In this document: positions 23,077 to 37,852 of the stretch, piece after piece
How positions within the stretch are numbered: position 1 is the first letter of the stretch
Layout of the letters: every line of letters begins with the position of its first letter
DNA from: Entomortierella parvispora E1425
Taxonomy: Eukaryota; Fungi; Mortierellomycota
Direction of reading: 5' to 3'
DNA: 64,000 bases
NCBI GenBank assembly: GCA_020891255.1
Contig: BQFW01000007.1
Coordinates: 434,001-498,000, forward strand
Notes under the pieces: model-generated
Told to the model about the DNA's origin: nothing
The model's database searches: none
Seen by the model: only the letters and a program-made list of their open reading frames with translations
Translations under genes and position numbers: made by a program

Positions 23077-26000
23077 CTAATATCTTCCTTGTCCTTGACC
23101 CTGCTGTTGTTGGTGCTGTTGAGCCAGCAATTGCATCTGGTATTGTGTCAAGGGGGTGCCACTCATGGACAGACGGCCTCCACCGCCACCACCGCCGACG
23201 ACTGATCCAGGACCTGGAGACCCACTCCTTGGTGGTACTCCGCCTCCTGCGATAGATGAGGCCGTCCAAGAGTTTCGAGGCATGTGCTGCTGAGGTTGTT
23301 GAGGGTATGAGTACTGAGGCGCTGGAGAATAGGAACGCACAGGCGTACCCTGAGACATTTGTCCAGAGCTCACTTGACCACTGTACATGTTCATGGCCAT
23401 GCCCATCGCTGGTGATTGAGGCCGGCTTTGTTGAAGTTGTTGCAGGTTCGACGCAGACATGAAGGGCGTTCCTGTGTTCAATGGAATACTGGTCATTGGC
23501 ATATCACCGCCATAGACCGATCCTGCTCTAGAGCCTCCAGAGGCGTAAAACTGCTGGGTTGGGGGAGGGGGGGCGCCATAGCCAAAGGATCCCGTCGACA
23601 TTTGGTGTTGATGATGGAACCTGGATCCCTTCGACTCCATTGAATGCGTGGTCTGAACTTCCCAAAGCTCTTGTTCGTAGTCGGACCACTTCTTTTGTGG
23701 GATCGATCTGGGATCAAAAGGTTTGCCTCCATCCAAATCTGCGTTCACGGCCTTCTTCCTGCCCTTCTCACCGACGACCAAACGGGTGTTACCCCACGAG
23801 AAATCGTCGAAATGCCAGAAGGAATACAGAGGCAGGTAGAACGAGAACATGGGGATGGCCAGAATATAAACAATCATCCAACCGATATGTTCCCATTTCC
23901 GGCGGAGGATAAAGATCACGGCCTGAAGACCATACACAGCTCCCATCATGATCAAGGCTAGCTTCGGGACTGCGCCTGGGTTGGTAGCAATGGAGTAGAT
24001 CAAGTAACCGATATAGACCACGGTCACAGGCATGATCAAGGTCGCAAAGAGATCAATCATGACAATGAATCGCATCGAGAAACAACAGAAACCGCAGAGC
24101 TGGGGCAAGAAAACCAATTCCATCAAATTGTGAACCGTAGAGTTGATCCAGCGACGACGTTGGGACAAGAGAACCTTCCACTGATCTGGAACGTTGGTCC
24201 TGCACTGAGCATCGGGTGTGAACGTCATCTTGTAGTTGGGGAAATGCTTCAACATCAACGTCGTCAGGTATCGATCCTCGCCCAGGTGCAGCAAGTTCTT
24301 CTTGTGGAGTGTGTCGACCTTGTTTTCGGAATACTCGTCAATGATATTGTTCGAGATCAACAATGGAGTCGATTTCGTCGGGGTGCGGATACGGTACATA
24401 CAGAAACAACCAGGAAGACAGGTGACGGATCCAAAGAGGGACTCGAATGCCTTGGCAAGATGATGGGAGATGAAGTACTCGTAGACTTGCATCATTGTCA
24501 CCCAAGAATCCTTCTCGTTCGCGATTTGAGTCTCACCGCAGAGACCCATGACCTTGGTATCGTGCAAGAACACAGAGACCATCCTGTTCAACGAATCTGG
24601 CAAAACCTCCGTATCGGAATCAACCATGAGCGTGTACTCGTAAAACGACGGGTTCACACCAATGACGTTCTTGATCTGATGGTACATCTCCAGTTCCATT
24701 GGCGTCATAGCAGAGTTGAAGTGCACCTTGTTCAGGAATCGCATCAAGATCATCTGGGAATCACGCTTTCCTCTGTTACCGGGTCGCTGGCGTTCAGTTG
24801 GGGTACCGACCTTGACGACCACAATATAGGGGACAACATGACCGTTGTGCTCGTACAATCCAGAATAGACCTTGCCCATGTTGTGCTGCTTGTTGCCGTC
24901 TCCGAGAGACAAGAAACTCAATGGCTCTGGGTCCACGTTGGGGTCAACGCCCAAGATATCGAGTACGATTCGGGGGGTGGGGCGATCGTTTCCAGAACCG
25001 ATAATCATACCATCTGCAACCACAAACAACAGTTTGCGCTTGTCATCGTATCGAAGGGCTGCCAAAGAATCCAAGGTCTTTCGCAGAGACTCCTCGCCCT
25101 CGGTATAACAGGGCACCTGAAGGATAATAAACTTGTCGTGCTCTTCTGGCTCTCGTTTTGATCCCAATTGAAGCGCGGCCAAAAACTTGAATCCGATTGT
25201 GCAGACAATCAAAATCGAAGGCACCAAGAGCATGTAGTTGGCAAACTGACAACGGAAGCTCGTTCGTACATCGACACGTCCGACAAAGAACAGGTTTCGA
25301 AGACAGATCATCATGGCCTCCTTGAGCGACGCATCCAGAGGCAGAGCATTGTATTTAGCTGTCACGTCCTCTCCGGCGTTTGTCGCGAACAGGTTCACAA
25401 TGGAAGGGTCCATGAAGGCACCGCTGGCAGCAGGGGTCTTCCCAGGAATGGGCACGATTGTTCCTGCACCGCCGGCTTGGATGTAATTTGTCATGTCGTA
25501 GACATTACCATCCAGAATAGCCCAGCGCTTTTTGACAGCATCTGCCGCTGCCTGTTGCTGAATGTACGTTGGGGTAAAGGCCAAGAAGCCGACTCGCCAT
25601 TGCCGCATGAAGACCATCTTTTCATAGTACCAATCCGGTCTAGAGTCGTTTTTGAAGGCTCTGAAGTCGTGATACACGCTGTTGGGGTCCACAGCCCCAA
25701 GGCTTGGCATCTGAATAGAGGGGTCAACTGAGGCTGATCCATAGCCCCCAAGACCGTCACAAAGAGCACTGGGTTGGACAGGGAAGATGGGCGTGGAATC
25801 ACCACCAGCATACTGGAGCAACTGGGTCTGTGTAACAATGTTGGGGTTGTGCTGGACCATGAACTTGCTCATAGCAAAGATCTCGCCGCGAATCTGGGTC
25901 AAAGGGTTGGATGACTTTGCACCGTAGCCAGAGAGCTCACCGGGACCATAGACATACTGGTGAGGACAGATCAGCTCACCGAGAACAGCAATGTAAAAGA

Positions 26001-29000
26001 CCATGATCAAGGAGAGGAATCCGATCAAAATACAAAGAGCCACCTTCTCGCGCCAGGCCATGCGGATATCCGGTCGAATCATCTTGCCACACTTTGACAT
26101 GAACGAGCTTGGAATCCACCAAGTCAACAGGTAGGTCAAAAAGACCCAGTTTCGGCGGGCACGCGTGGTGGGGACCGCTTCCTCCTCTTCCTCATCGTCC
26201 TTCTTCTCAGACTCGTCCTTGCCTGCGGTCGATCCATCATGGTCTCCATCGGGGGATGATCCGCCTTGCATATGCATCATCATGCCCCTCTTTTCAGCAT
26301 CGCCAAAGATCCGGGTGCTGGGCCGGTAGATCTCGGATCCGCCATAGACAGACTCGTTTTCGAACCGATTGAACCGATCCATATCGCCTCCGTTATTGCC
26401 TGGAGCCATATTGCCTCGCATGTAGGGATCATACTCGGACTGGTTATCGTCTCCAGAATAGAATGATCGGTTCTCCAATCGCTCGTTGGCCATGAAGGAT
26501 GCATGGCCTGGATGCAATCCATTGTAAATGTTTCCTCCTTGTTGCGCATAGTAATTGGGGTGCTGCTGTTGCTGCTGAAGCATCTCCTGGTGTTGCTGAA
26601 GGTGACGTTGTTGCAAGAGAAGAGGCGCTTGCATGGCTGTGTTTGAGTTGATCGAGTTTTCATCCTCAGACATGTTCAAAATTTCGCCACGGAAACTGTT
26701 GGGAGTTTCCATGCCTGATTGACCTGCTGAGCCATCTCCGAAAGCTTGCTGAAAGCCCATGTCACTCACGACCGCAGAAGATGACGGCTCCAAGAGCCCA
26801 GTGTTCTCTTTCTTTCCCTTCTTGTCCGTCTCCAAGCTCTTGAGACGGAACTCAAGCTCGCGCCAAGCCTTCTCAGACAAAAAGATCCTGTACTTGCCCA
26901 AGGATGCATCTGCAACTTGATAGTTCTCCTCCTTGAGAACCAACTCCATCCTAGCCTTTGTGGAGGCGCCTGCAGGACAGTCTTCGAGCAAGTTGATGTA
27001 CAGGGCTGTGTATCGATCCAAAAACTCTTGGTGCGTGCAGCTAATCGTGTACTCCAACGCAAGCCTTTGAGCTACCTGAGCAAGACAGAACGAGCGGACC
27101 TGAGATTTGACCATAATGGAGTCCACATGGTTTGCCATTCCTGTGTCGTTGGACTTTAAGCAGATGAGGAACCAAGGTGTCGTCTCCTCCAGGGACTCGC
27201 AGAGTTCTTGCGTGGCAGACTGGATCTGAGCCGCCATCGACACAACCTTGCCTGCCTTGGCTGCAGGAGCTCCACTCTCGGTCTTTGTCTTGCTGTCCAA
27301 AGCAGCGGCATCCTCGTCCACCTTCTTGCGGCGCATCGAAGGAGCACGCTTGGGTTTGATTGATTGCTATAAAACAAATTGATATTCACATATTAGAATC
27401 CAGCCTCACTTTGCCACAACCTCCTGGGGAGTATTTCCCAAAAACTTGATTCTCACCTGGGCAGCAACAATCGTGTTGTTGTTGCGTGGATGGGACTCTG
27501 TGGTCAGGGCCTTGTCCGTGAACAAACCCTGCACAAACGAGTTCACACTGGCGGGAACACCTCCAGTACCGTTGCCTCTGAAAAGTGTCACGAAATCCGA
27601 GCTCAAGTTATCGACGTTCTGTTCCAACCAACCCTCGACCGTGTACACAACTGGGGCCAGGTAATGCTGAACCGTAAAGGATGGGAACACATTCTTGTCC
27701 GTTTTCGACACTGTGAGGGAGTCATGTCGGCCATAAGTCTTTGAAAAGGTCTCGAGCATAGTGGCATCTGTCTTGTTAGATCGTGCCAACTGGCCCGACT
27801 GCGAGGACATGATCCCGATCAAACCGCTTTCACTGGATCCATCCTCGTTAGAGGTTGTAATCAGGGAGTCTTCTCTTCCCTGCTGCGCTTGATCCTTGCC
27901 GGCTAACATCTGGAGACAGGCCGAGTTGTCAAAGAAATGGATCTTTGGGATCGACACGATGCCCTCAAGTTCGAAATCCGCATGGCTGGCCTCAAAGACT
28001 TGGTTCAAGAAGAACTGATGGAGGCGCTCGTTCGCATAGTTGACACAGAACTGGTCCAAGCGATTGACCGAGAACTGTTGGAAACCAAAGAGATCCACGA
28101 TACCGATGAAGTTTGCTGGGGTCTCGTGACAAAGCTTGACGTTCAAAAACTCGACGATCCAAGAGAACAACAATGAGTATAGGGCTTGAGCGAGTTCGTC
28201 TCTCTGTTGTTCTGCGCCTTGAACATCCAAGAATACAGAACAAAGTTCTTTTTTGATAAGCTTGGTTTTGTATGTCAAGGTGTTCTGAAGCGCATTGGGA
28301 TCAACACCAAGGATATCGGCCACAAAGATCAAACTGTCCACGTTCCTAACGACACATGCATCATTGGCATGACTTGAATCCTCCATGAACGTCAGGTTTC
28401 CGAGATGCAAGACGGCGGCCAAGAGTTGAAAGATTTGAGCGACTTGCTTTTTTTGGAAACCCATGACTTTGAGGGCCGTCTTCAAATGACCAAACTCGAG
28501 TCCGTCGTCGATTCCACGCAGAGTCCTGTTCCTGTTCAGCGAAGCCGGTGACAAGTAATGGAAATTTCCCTCGGTGAGATGCAAATGTGTTTTCTCCTCA
28601 AACGTTGCACCGTTCAACAATTGGTAGAAAATATGAAAGTTGCGCTCGTCGGGAGCGGCGTGGGACTGTGTGATGCGCTTCTTCTCCAGGAAATAATCCA
28701 GCATTTTGGCGCCCAACAGTCGACCGCGCTCATTGAACTGGAGCTCTGTGAATCGTCCGACCCTAGAAGCATTGTCGTTGAGTGTGGTCTTTGCGTGTCC
28801 AAAGGCTTCGATGATGACGCCTGCGGATAGGATCTGGTTCTGGATCCTAGATTCTTTCTTGGGCTGACCACTCAGGGCCAACAACTGGCGAAGGACTTGA
28901 CGAGCACCTTCAGTTTTGCCGCTTCCGCTTTGACCACTATGACGATCGTTTAAAATAGAAAAATCACAATTAGAAAACAAAACGGATGAGAGCCCCGAAG

Positions 29001-29923
29001 GAAAGAAGGAAGAAAGAAGGGAGGACCCCTAACTGAGGAAACGCGACTTGGCTGTAGGTCGTGTGTGCTGTGACCACTGTTTATCAGCCTGAAAGCAAGA
29101 GTGTTGTGATTTTGCTCTTCTCAACGGTCGATTGCATGCACTCGAGCGTTTGTTTTGGGCAGATCGGCGGGAAAGAGAAGGTTCGCCCCGTCCCAGTTAC
29201 TGCCCAGTTCAGACTGGCGAGCAGACACATAGACATCGGGGTATCAAGGGAGAAAAAAAGGCAAGCGGGAAGAATGACGATAACAAATTGAAGAGGCGAA
29301 GGCGTCGAAATGAAAATGAAATTTCGTTTCGTTTCAAAGGAAAGTTTGGAGAAAAGTCAAACGCTTGTTTTGTTTCGAACCCTAGATGGAGGTCCATTTT
29401 GTCTCTTCTTTTCTTGCTGCCGAGTGTATCTGCCCCATGGTAAGGGATGTGTTGTCGAGGAGTGAAAAGGGGTGAAGGAAGGAGACCGAAAGAAGAAAAA
29501 GCGTAACGGTTACCTGGTAATGATGGACTGATCCTGTCCAGTACGGCGCATGTGAAGGTATGCGCTGGTGGCGAGTTGGATGACATGGGGCGAGGCTATA
29601 CTCCGAGCGGCTCTAGCCTGTGCCTGTTGCTGCAGTTGTTGCTGCTGCTGATCCGCTGCTGCGGGCGAGAGTGAGTCGGTGTTGGTGGTCAGTCGTGCGC
29701 CATCCTTGTACAGGAGTACTTGGTCCTGCAGGATGGCGTCCAAAAGATCGACCTTGCCAGGGTGAAATGGGTTCAGCTGAACAAGAACCGAGGATGCGAT
29801 CCTGGTGTAGATCTGTCCTTGTTGGAATCCATTCGCGAGGATGGCTGTCAGGTTATCCTCGGTCGGGTTTGGCAACTGGGACAGGTCCTGTTGCTGCTGC
29901 TGTGTTTCTTGCCGCTGATCCAT
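23077..29923 (-). CDS. Myosin-motor-domain chitin synthase (class V/VII type), 3 exons
   Basis: Myosin head (SGQSGSGKT across the intron, NDNASRVG, DQFCVNYANERL), cytochrome b5-like region, and GT2 chitin synthase motifs (GNRGKRDSQ, LGEDRYLT, SQRRRWINST). Introns at 29513-28937 and 27456-27367. Confidence 0.96.
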
Positions 29924-31888
29924 AGAGGGCGCAAATATGTATATGTCAAAAAGTCCAAGGGCTACTGTTCCAGGGCGTGCATGTAATCAGGAGTGGAGTC
30001 GAGGGATGAAGGGGTGTTAGGAGTGTGAGTGTATGGGCCTGTGGGAGATGCAGAGAGGATCGAAGGAAGCAGTGTCAGACAGGACAGGAAAAGAAAGGAG
30101 CAAGAAGAAAAAGAAAAAGACGGAGAGGGACAGCGAGTTAGTACGGGAGTGGACTCGCCGGGTTGGCACTCCATAGCTATGCTATGCTATGCTCTGCTAT
30201 GGCCGGACTGAAATCCACCAGCATGCACCACAGGAAGACCCGCCATGACCCAGCACTCAAGACATTGGCCGGTGGAATGTGGACATGGGGTCAACCTGGT
30301 GGACAGATCAGGCTGGGGAGCGATTCACACAAAGACAGAGCAAAATAAACACGTACACGCGATGCTGGAGGGGATGAATGGCGAGCGGGCAAGAAGGAGG
30401 ACCGAAAAGGAAGGGAAAAGTCAAGAATGAGGACCAGAGAGGGGATGAATGGATGGATGGAGAGGAAGAAGAGAGAAGGAAGAAGAGAAGGAAAAAGGAA
30501 AGGAAAAGACACAAAGGCAAAGAACGAGAAAAGAAAAAGAGGGCGACCGACACAGGGCGGAAAAACACAACACGGTCAATTCTTTTTTTGCTTTTGCTGC
30601 TGGTTGCCTCGACACTCGCTCTCGGTCTCTTTTTCTCTCTCTGTGTGTGTGTATGAGAGAGAGTGAGTGAGTGAGAGAGTGCACATGCATTCACTCACAT
30701 CTCTTCATCCATCCATCCGGCCATCCCTGCCACAGATGCAGAGATGCACGCCTTCACACGGTCGAGTGACCTCGCCTAACAATAAGCAACGGATCGAACC
30801 CAAGGCCAAGGGCAGACACCCCTGGATCAGCGATCCAATAATTCTTGCAGGCAGCAGGCAGTCAGACACACACACGCAGACACACAGGGGCCAGAAATAG
30901 AAATAGAAACACCTCTGTCTTCCTTCAAAATATATTTAGATTGTACTCCCAATATGGTGGCACATATCCTTCGCGCCGAGCGCCTTCCTTGGTCATGTTA
31001 TTATCCTTTTGCACCTTTGCGGTATCTACAAACACCTCTCTCTCTCTTTTTCTCTTTTAATCAACGCAAGGGTGCGCCTGGCATCCCTCTTGTGGCCCGC
31101 CTTCCTCGCTGCCTCTGATGGCGCGCGCGCTTCCTCTCTCTGCTTCCCCCTTGCCCTCCTCTCACTTCTTTTCAATCTTACCTGTTTCCATCGAGAGTAC
31201 ATGTAGAGAAAAAAACAACGTGTTCGTTTTGCCCTGTCTCTCTCTCTCCCCTTTTTAAAATCCTGATTCTAGGCGCGACAAGATCTGTCCAAGGTCTTTT
31301 CTTTTTCTTTCCCTCTCTCTTGCAGGCGACCACAACCGAGACGATCTCTGTCTCCTCATTCTTATCTCAGGGCCATTTACGACAAAAAAAAAAAAATACA
31401 TCCCTTGAGAGTGCCTTGAATGTCCTCATCTCTCCCTCTCTTTTCTCCCTCTTTTTCCCCCCTCCAGGAGCTTTAACTTCTCATCGTCTCAATGTGAAGA
31501 CATGTGGTTCCACTGCCAGGGACTCTATCCGCTTCATCTATGAAGCCCGATGGGGCATGCAGACACAACTCCGTTGTACAGTACTTCCTGCCTTGTTTCT
31601 CTTCTGAGAAGCTTTTGGGCCAGGATCCCAACTGCCGGCGTTACCTCAACGACACAAGTCTGCATCTCTCGCATGTATCCAGTTATTTTTTTTTTTTTTT
31701 TAATTGAAAGTAACAAGGTGCAAAATAGATAGAAAATGGGTAGATAAATCGCAATTGTGCTTTTTGAAAAGAAAAATGGATTTTTTTTTGGGCGCAAACG
31801 GCAAACAAGGGTGGCCCCATCCTTCTGCATCGCGTGCCCTTGATCTCTTTCACTTAACGCCCACCCTTGACTTTCTCAGTCTTCAAAA

Positions 31889-34800
31889 TCAATGGCTGCT
31901 GGTATCTTGCGCTTCCAGCTCACGTTGCTTCTCATTCAGCTTCTGCGCCACTATGGGTCCTTCCAAGGTCTCGCCCTGATTCTTTGGCGCTTCGTTCAAA
32001 GCCTCCAAAGCCTTCAACTTCAACACAACCTCACGCACTCGATCAATCGAGTTCCAAACATGGTCCTGCTCAATCTTCTTGGCCTTCCTCTCTGCCAACT
32101 TCTTTCTGCGAGTGGGCGTTCTGACAAAAGCTGCAGTCAACTCGAACGACCAAATCTTGAAGACGTTGACCTTGACGAAATCCAACAGGATGAAATACGC
32201 AAAAGAGATCAACAGGATCACAATAGCCTGTGAGAATGGAATCTTGGGCGTCAATCCTCCAAAGACTACCATCAACAGTGCCACAATCTGAGTTCCGATG
32301 ATCACCGCAGCAAAGAGAGGCGAGGGTAGGTTCTCCCAGAAATGACCTGTCAAACGGGTGGAAAAGATCACAAAGTGGGGTGCCGACGAGATGTGGAGGT
32401 ACATCACCGACTCGAGTCGACGCTCATCAGCAGGTGCAGTTGAAAGGGCAGGAGCGTATCCGAAATGTTTCCAGAACACGAAAAAGTGGGCGAACGACAA
32501 GGCCGTGAGACAACAACCAAGAGTGATCGACATGAAGATCAACTGACCAATTCTCCACTTGTCCGGGTGGGGCGAAAGCTGGGCATTGTCGACAGCAATA
32601 ACCAATGTTGCGAGATCGTTCAAGATACAAATCAGAATCAACAAATGGGCAGGCAGGGACCAGTCGTAGGTCATGACCACGATGAAGAAAAAGATCAAGA
32701 AGTGAACAGTCGAAGTGATTCGGTAAAGGGCATAGGAACGCATGCGCTGGAAGATAGCACGGGAGGTCATCAATCCATCGACAATGGTCGACAAACCGGG
32801 GGCGAGCAAGACAATGTCGGCAGCAGAGCGGGCAGCATCAGTGCATCCGTGGACAGCAATACCGACGTTGGCCTTCTTGAGAGCAGGGGCATCGTTGACA
32901 CCATCACCGGTCATACCGACAATGATACCACGCTTCTGGAGCAGCTCCACCACACGATACTTGTGCTCTGGAATAACTTGCGCAAAACCATCTGCTCGCA
33001 GACAGTGCTCTGTCACCTCGTCCTCCGACTTGTCACTGTCGACCAAGTGGTTGGCGTCGAGGATGACACGGGTCAGACCCAAACGATGCGAGACCTCCTT
33101 GGCGATAATCAGCTGGTCTCCTGTAACCATCTTTACATCCACACCCATGTGCTGGCAACGAGCGATCGTATCTGCTGAGTCCGGTCGTGGGGGGTCAATC
33201 AAAGCAATCATACCAATCAACTGGAAGTCATCCAAAGATCCGCCAATGGTTCGGGCTACACCAAGAGCACGGAGACCACGCTTGGCCAGGGCATTCACAG
33301 CACGGACGGCATCGTCATCACCTCCAACAAGACGGATAATAACCTGGGGTGCTCCCTTGGCGACCTTGAAAGTCTCGCCGGTGTCTTTGTTGGTGATAGT
33401 AGCCTGGGTCAGCTTGGTGGCAGGGTTGAAAGGCAAGAACGAGGTCACCTTGTAGCCGGGGACATCATGCTTGTGTGTGCGGTTTTGGAGAAGAGGCAAT
33501 TGTTCTTCGGCTGCGGTACGCACAGCAAGTTCGATGGGGTCATTGGCACCAGCTTCGGCAGCAAGGTAAGAGTACAACAAGATATCGTCCGAGGTGTAGT
33601 CGTTGGTGAGGTAGGGCTCGTCGAAGGTCAGTTCGTTCAGGGTCAAAGTTCCTGTCTTGTCGGAGCAGAGAACAGAGACCGATGCCATTTCTTCGACAGC
33701 TGTAAGACGCTTGACAATGACCTTCTTGGCTGCAAGCTGCTTGGCGCCGACAGCCATAGTTACAGACATGACCGTAGGAAGACCAACAGGGATAGCAGCG
33801 ACAGTGAGGACCAGGACACGAGAAAGAACTGTCAAGAACTTTCCCTCGGGCTGGCCACGGTAGCGCACCAGCTGGTAGATCAGAATGATGCCAACAAGGA
33901 CCACCGTGATGAGAATCAAGAAGTTTCCGATACGGTTAATGATCTTTTGGAAATGACCTTCCTCGACCGTGATCGAGATCAGGTTGGCAGCACGACCGAT
34001 GAAAGTGTTGATACCGGTCTTGGTGACCACAGCCATCTGTTGTCCTTGCTTGACGATCGAAGAGGAATAGACAACATCACCCTTCTTCTTACTCACAGGC
34101 AGGGACTCGCCTGTAAGCGCGGACTGGTCAATAAGGAGATCTCCCTCCGTGGCCTCACCAGTGGCACCGATACCAAGCAAACGACCGTCGGCGGGGATAA
34201 TGTCTCCGAGACGGAGAACAATAACATCTCCAGGAACTAGGGCACCAGTGTCCAATTCAATCAAATGACCATTGCGCCAGCAACGGGTCTTGAGAGCAAG
34301 GGTTTGGCGCAAGGCATCGAGTGCGGACTCGGCTTTGGCCTCTTCAATGAAACCAATACTCGCGTTAACCAGCAACAGGGCCAAGATGATGCCAAAATCA
34401 AGCCAGTCCTAATATGCACGTGATAAAATTATGACGTGAGCATTGGTTGTGCAAGGAAATAAAAAAAAAATTGGATGGAAATAATGAATTGGCCACTTGG
34501 CTTGTACCACCGCGAGCGGGAACAAAAATGAGCGTAATGCAAAGAGAGTTGGGGGCATTGAAGCTTACCTTGACAACGGCAGCAATAATACAGGCAACCT
34601 CAATCAGGTACGCGATAGCACCTGTAAAGTAGCCCAAGAATTTGAGGATTGGATTCTTCTTCACCTCCTTGAGCTCGTTAGGACCAAACTGCAAAAGACG
34701 TTCTTGGACCTCCTGGTCAGTGAGACCATGCGCGGGATCGGTATGGAGCAGCGCCTCGAGCTCGGCCGTGATCTCGTCCTTGTGCTCGTGGTGCTCTTGC

Positions 34801-35009
34801 TCTTCCACTTGAAGATTGCCGCCTTTTCCATGCTTGTTGGGATCTGGAGACTTCAGGTCTGCGAGATTCGAGGGACGGTCTGTTTGTTTTGGGAATGGGA
34901 AACCATACTACACAGGTCAACTACTGTTCTGTTTTTTCAGTTACATACAGAAAGATGGCAGCCACCTGTCTTTTTCCTTACCCTCGATGATTTCTTGCTT
35001 GTCAGCCAT
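31889..35009 (-). CDS. PMA1: Plasma-membrane H+-ATPase (P-type IIIA)
   Basis: ALTGESLP, CSDKTGTLT, KGAPQ, DPPR, MTGDGVNDAPALKKA and IFQRMRSY. The 28-nt first exon MADKQEIIE (35009-34982) is followed by introns 34981-34859 and about 34569-34409. Confidence 0.97.
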
Positions 35010-37852
35010 CGTGATGAAGCGAGTTTACAGTCTATTCACCGGCTTGAGTCCGTACTTTGTTTATACGTCTAGGTATCTATTTTCTTTTGAGGTGAGCCGA
35101 GCAGAACAGCAAGGAGAGAGGTTGGAAGAGTTGGAAAGTCAGTCTTCCGATAGCATGCATGGAGGGTAAAACCGACGAGCAAACAGTACACACAGGAAAA
35201 CCCGCGCAGGGTGAATAAAAGTATAGGGGCGAACTGTGAAAGGAACCGAGGGGGGCAAAGAAACGGAAGGGTGGGGAGCAAGAGAGAACGAGAGAAAAGA
35301 AGCAAAAGGGTGATGGAAAGGCGGTTCATCAGAACAAAATGAGATCAGAGTGTCAGGGGACGGACGAATTCACGTCTGCTCGGTCTGCGCTATCGCTACC
35401 GCACCAAGTCCCAGGGCACGATGGTATGGGACAGACCCGGGGAGGGAGGGAAAGCAACCAGAGACAAGACGAGCCGCGCGCGCGAGGGGGAGGAGCGCGA
35501 CGGCCATTTGTCCAGGGTAAACACAGACCCGGGAAAATGTCCTGCGTGGACTTTAGACTTACTTAAACGAACGACAGGGAGAAGTACGACGGACAGGGAT
35601 AGGGATGAGGGATTTTGTTCGAAATGAACAGACAGAAAGGGGTCAAGGAAGATTAAGGCTCAAGTGTGGAGAAAGAAGCTGCACAACGAGACGCGACCTT
35701 AAATTTGGGCTACAGGTCTGTCTTGCCAAAAGTTTCCAGGGAGAAAGGATGCAGGGGAGGTAGCTGGAGGAGAGGAGGAGGAAAGAGATGTCGAAAATAT
35801 GAACGAAGGAGTGAACGTCAAGGAGGAAAGGTCATGAAAGCCCTGGTTTATAAACCCTTCCCTCCCTCCCTGTGACCCTTCATCAACGACTTTATCCGAG
35901 AGGGAGCTGCAGCCTTGTCGTATGTTGTCTGTGCACGCATCCATGTATGACCTTTCCCTGACCCACTTCCTTTATTCCTCTGATAATCGTTCCGACATGA
36001 CGGCGGAATGGCTCTTCCGGATTGGTATGGCATTTACAATATAATGAAGGAGGGAACAACCCTCGAGACAAACCACCCGCATCAACAACCGCATCATTAT
36101 CAACAAGCACCCATTAGCTGGACTCGACTCTTGACTTTTGGCCTAGTCGTGCCACCTTTACTCTGTGCCTCGCCCTTTCGGCGCGCGTTTCGCTTGTTTG
36201 TTGTGTTTACTCGACAACAAAACAACGATGGTCAACAAGACCGAATTGAGCGCAAACTCCGTGCGGCAGAACCTGATCGAATGGGTTTGTTGTTGTGAGT
36301 GCACCTAACAACAACCCAAAGGCAGCAATTCATCCATTGTTTCCTGCGTGGTCATCAGTTTGTTCATCTTCGCACTGGCTATCAAGAAAGAACGCACAGT
36401 CTCTGTTGTCTATTGTGGCCTGGAAAAAAAAGACGCAAACAGGAACGATGGAGATGGATGGGTGTTCCAATGAGATACAGACTTTTGACCGGATGTCCTG
36501 CCCCTCCGAATTGTTATCGCACTGACGGCTCAAAACAGCAGCAGTGCGATTGATAAAGGAGAGGATGCGACAATGGATATGAAGGAACACACGAGCAAAG
36601 ACAAATCACAGCGTACTAGCCTCCAACGGTTCTGTTTGAGATAGTGTTTCCCACGAGATGGTGGTTTAAATGACCAGGTGTTATCACCCGAGGCAAGGGG
36701 TCTGCGGATTCAAACAAGTTCTCGTTCCAATCGCTCTCTCGGCTTTTCCAATAGAACTAGGCCTGTTGCACCACCGCCACACCATCATCGTGATGCTCAG
36801 TCCAGGCAAACACACAGAAACCCTATATCCGACTTGAGTTGAGCCAATCACGACGAACATCATTTTGACAACCCTGTCTTTTACCCCCAACCACACCGGG
36901 CCATCCTTTCCCGGACTCTTTTCCATACAAAGTAACGTTAGCCATGGCGCGTTTTCCCCTTTAACTCTTTTGCTCAAAAAAAGCAAAAGCGGAATAAGGA
37001 CGTCGACCCTGTCAGTTGTAACGTACCTTTTTTTCATGTCTAGCACCTTTCTTCCCGTTACAGGAGGTTACTCCAACTTTCTTTTTCTCAAGGATGAATC
37101 GGCGAAAGGATCTTCCCTGTGGGAGCCTGCCCCCAAAAAGTCTACAACTTGGCACATGGACAAACCCGTCGTTGTAAGTTTACGCACGGGGCGTCAATGA
37201 ATGGCACAAAGAAAAAAAAAAAAAAAAGTCATGTGATGTGTGTACCTCAACGCAGCCCACCCCTGTAGTTGACCCGGGATCTTTCATATGAGCGCCAAGA
37301 GCGACCCAAGGATGGGGACCTCGGTTCTGGTTATCTCGCGTATCTTTTCCTGATATGCTTCATGCATATAAACTTTTGGAGGAAATGGCCAACGCCATCA
37401 TCCCGAGGTGCAGGCGTTTGGGCTAGCGGCATTCTTCACAAGGTTCGTAGTCTGGGTGCTAACGTCCGTCCTATTTCAACAAATGCCTCAAAGCCTGACG
37501 CCTGCCAGCACTCATTTGGCTCGGGTTTTACGAATGCCATGGGAGGACCCGCTTACATATATTTCCATTGCAGCGCGTCACATGCGCGCTTTGCCACCAA
37601 CTCTATATTGGCCAGTGCTTATTTGCCACTCCGCTCTACGCCTCTGTCCCCAACATCCCGGGAGAATCATAACGCAAAACGAAACGCTGCGAAAGGCCGT
37701 AATCAAGTCATCGATTGCTGCCTTACCGCTCCTCTAGTTATAAAGAGTTGATCAGGCTAAAATATCAAGAGTTGATCATTAGAACACAAGCCAGCGTGTT
37801 GTCCCCACAGTTCCCTGGTCCAGACAAATCTAATCATTTTTATTTTTGCTCA

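Noticed and set aside
24130-25731. 343-aa and 187-aa plus-strand ORFs
   Set aside because: Antisense to chitin synthase. They are explained by sense-strand codon bias.
32465-34240. Three plus-strand ORFs of 237-257 aa
   Set aside because: Antisense shadows of PMA1.
36700-37751. Splice-like signals (37018-37063, 37174-37268) and protein-like fragments, possibly a transposon or Crinkler-type relic
   Set aside because: The frames do not join, and the resemblance is too weak to support without a profile search.
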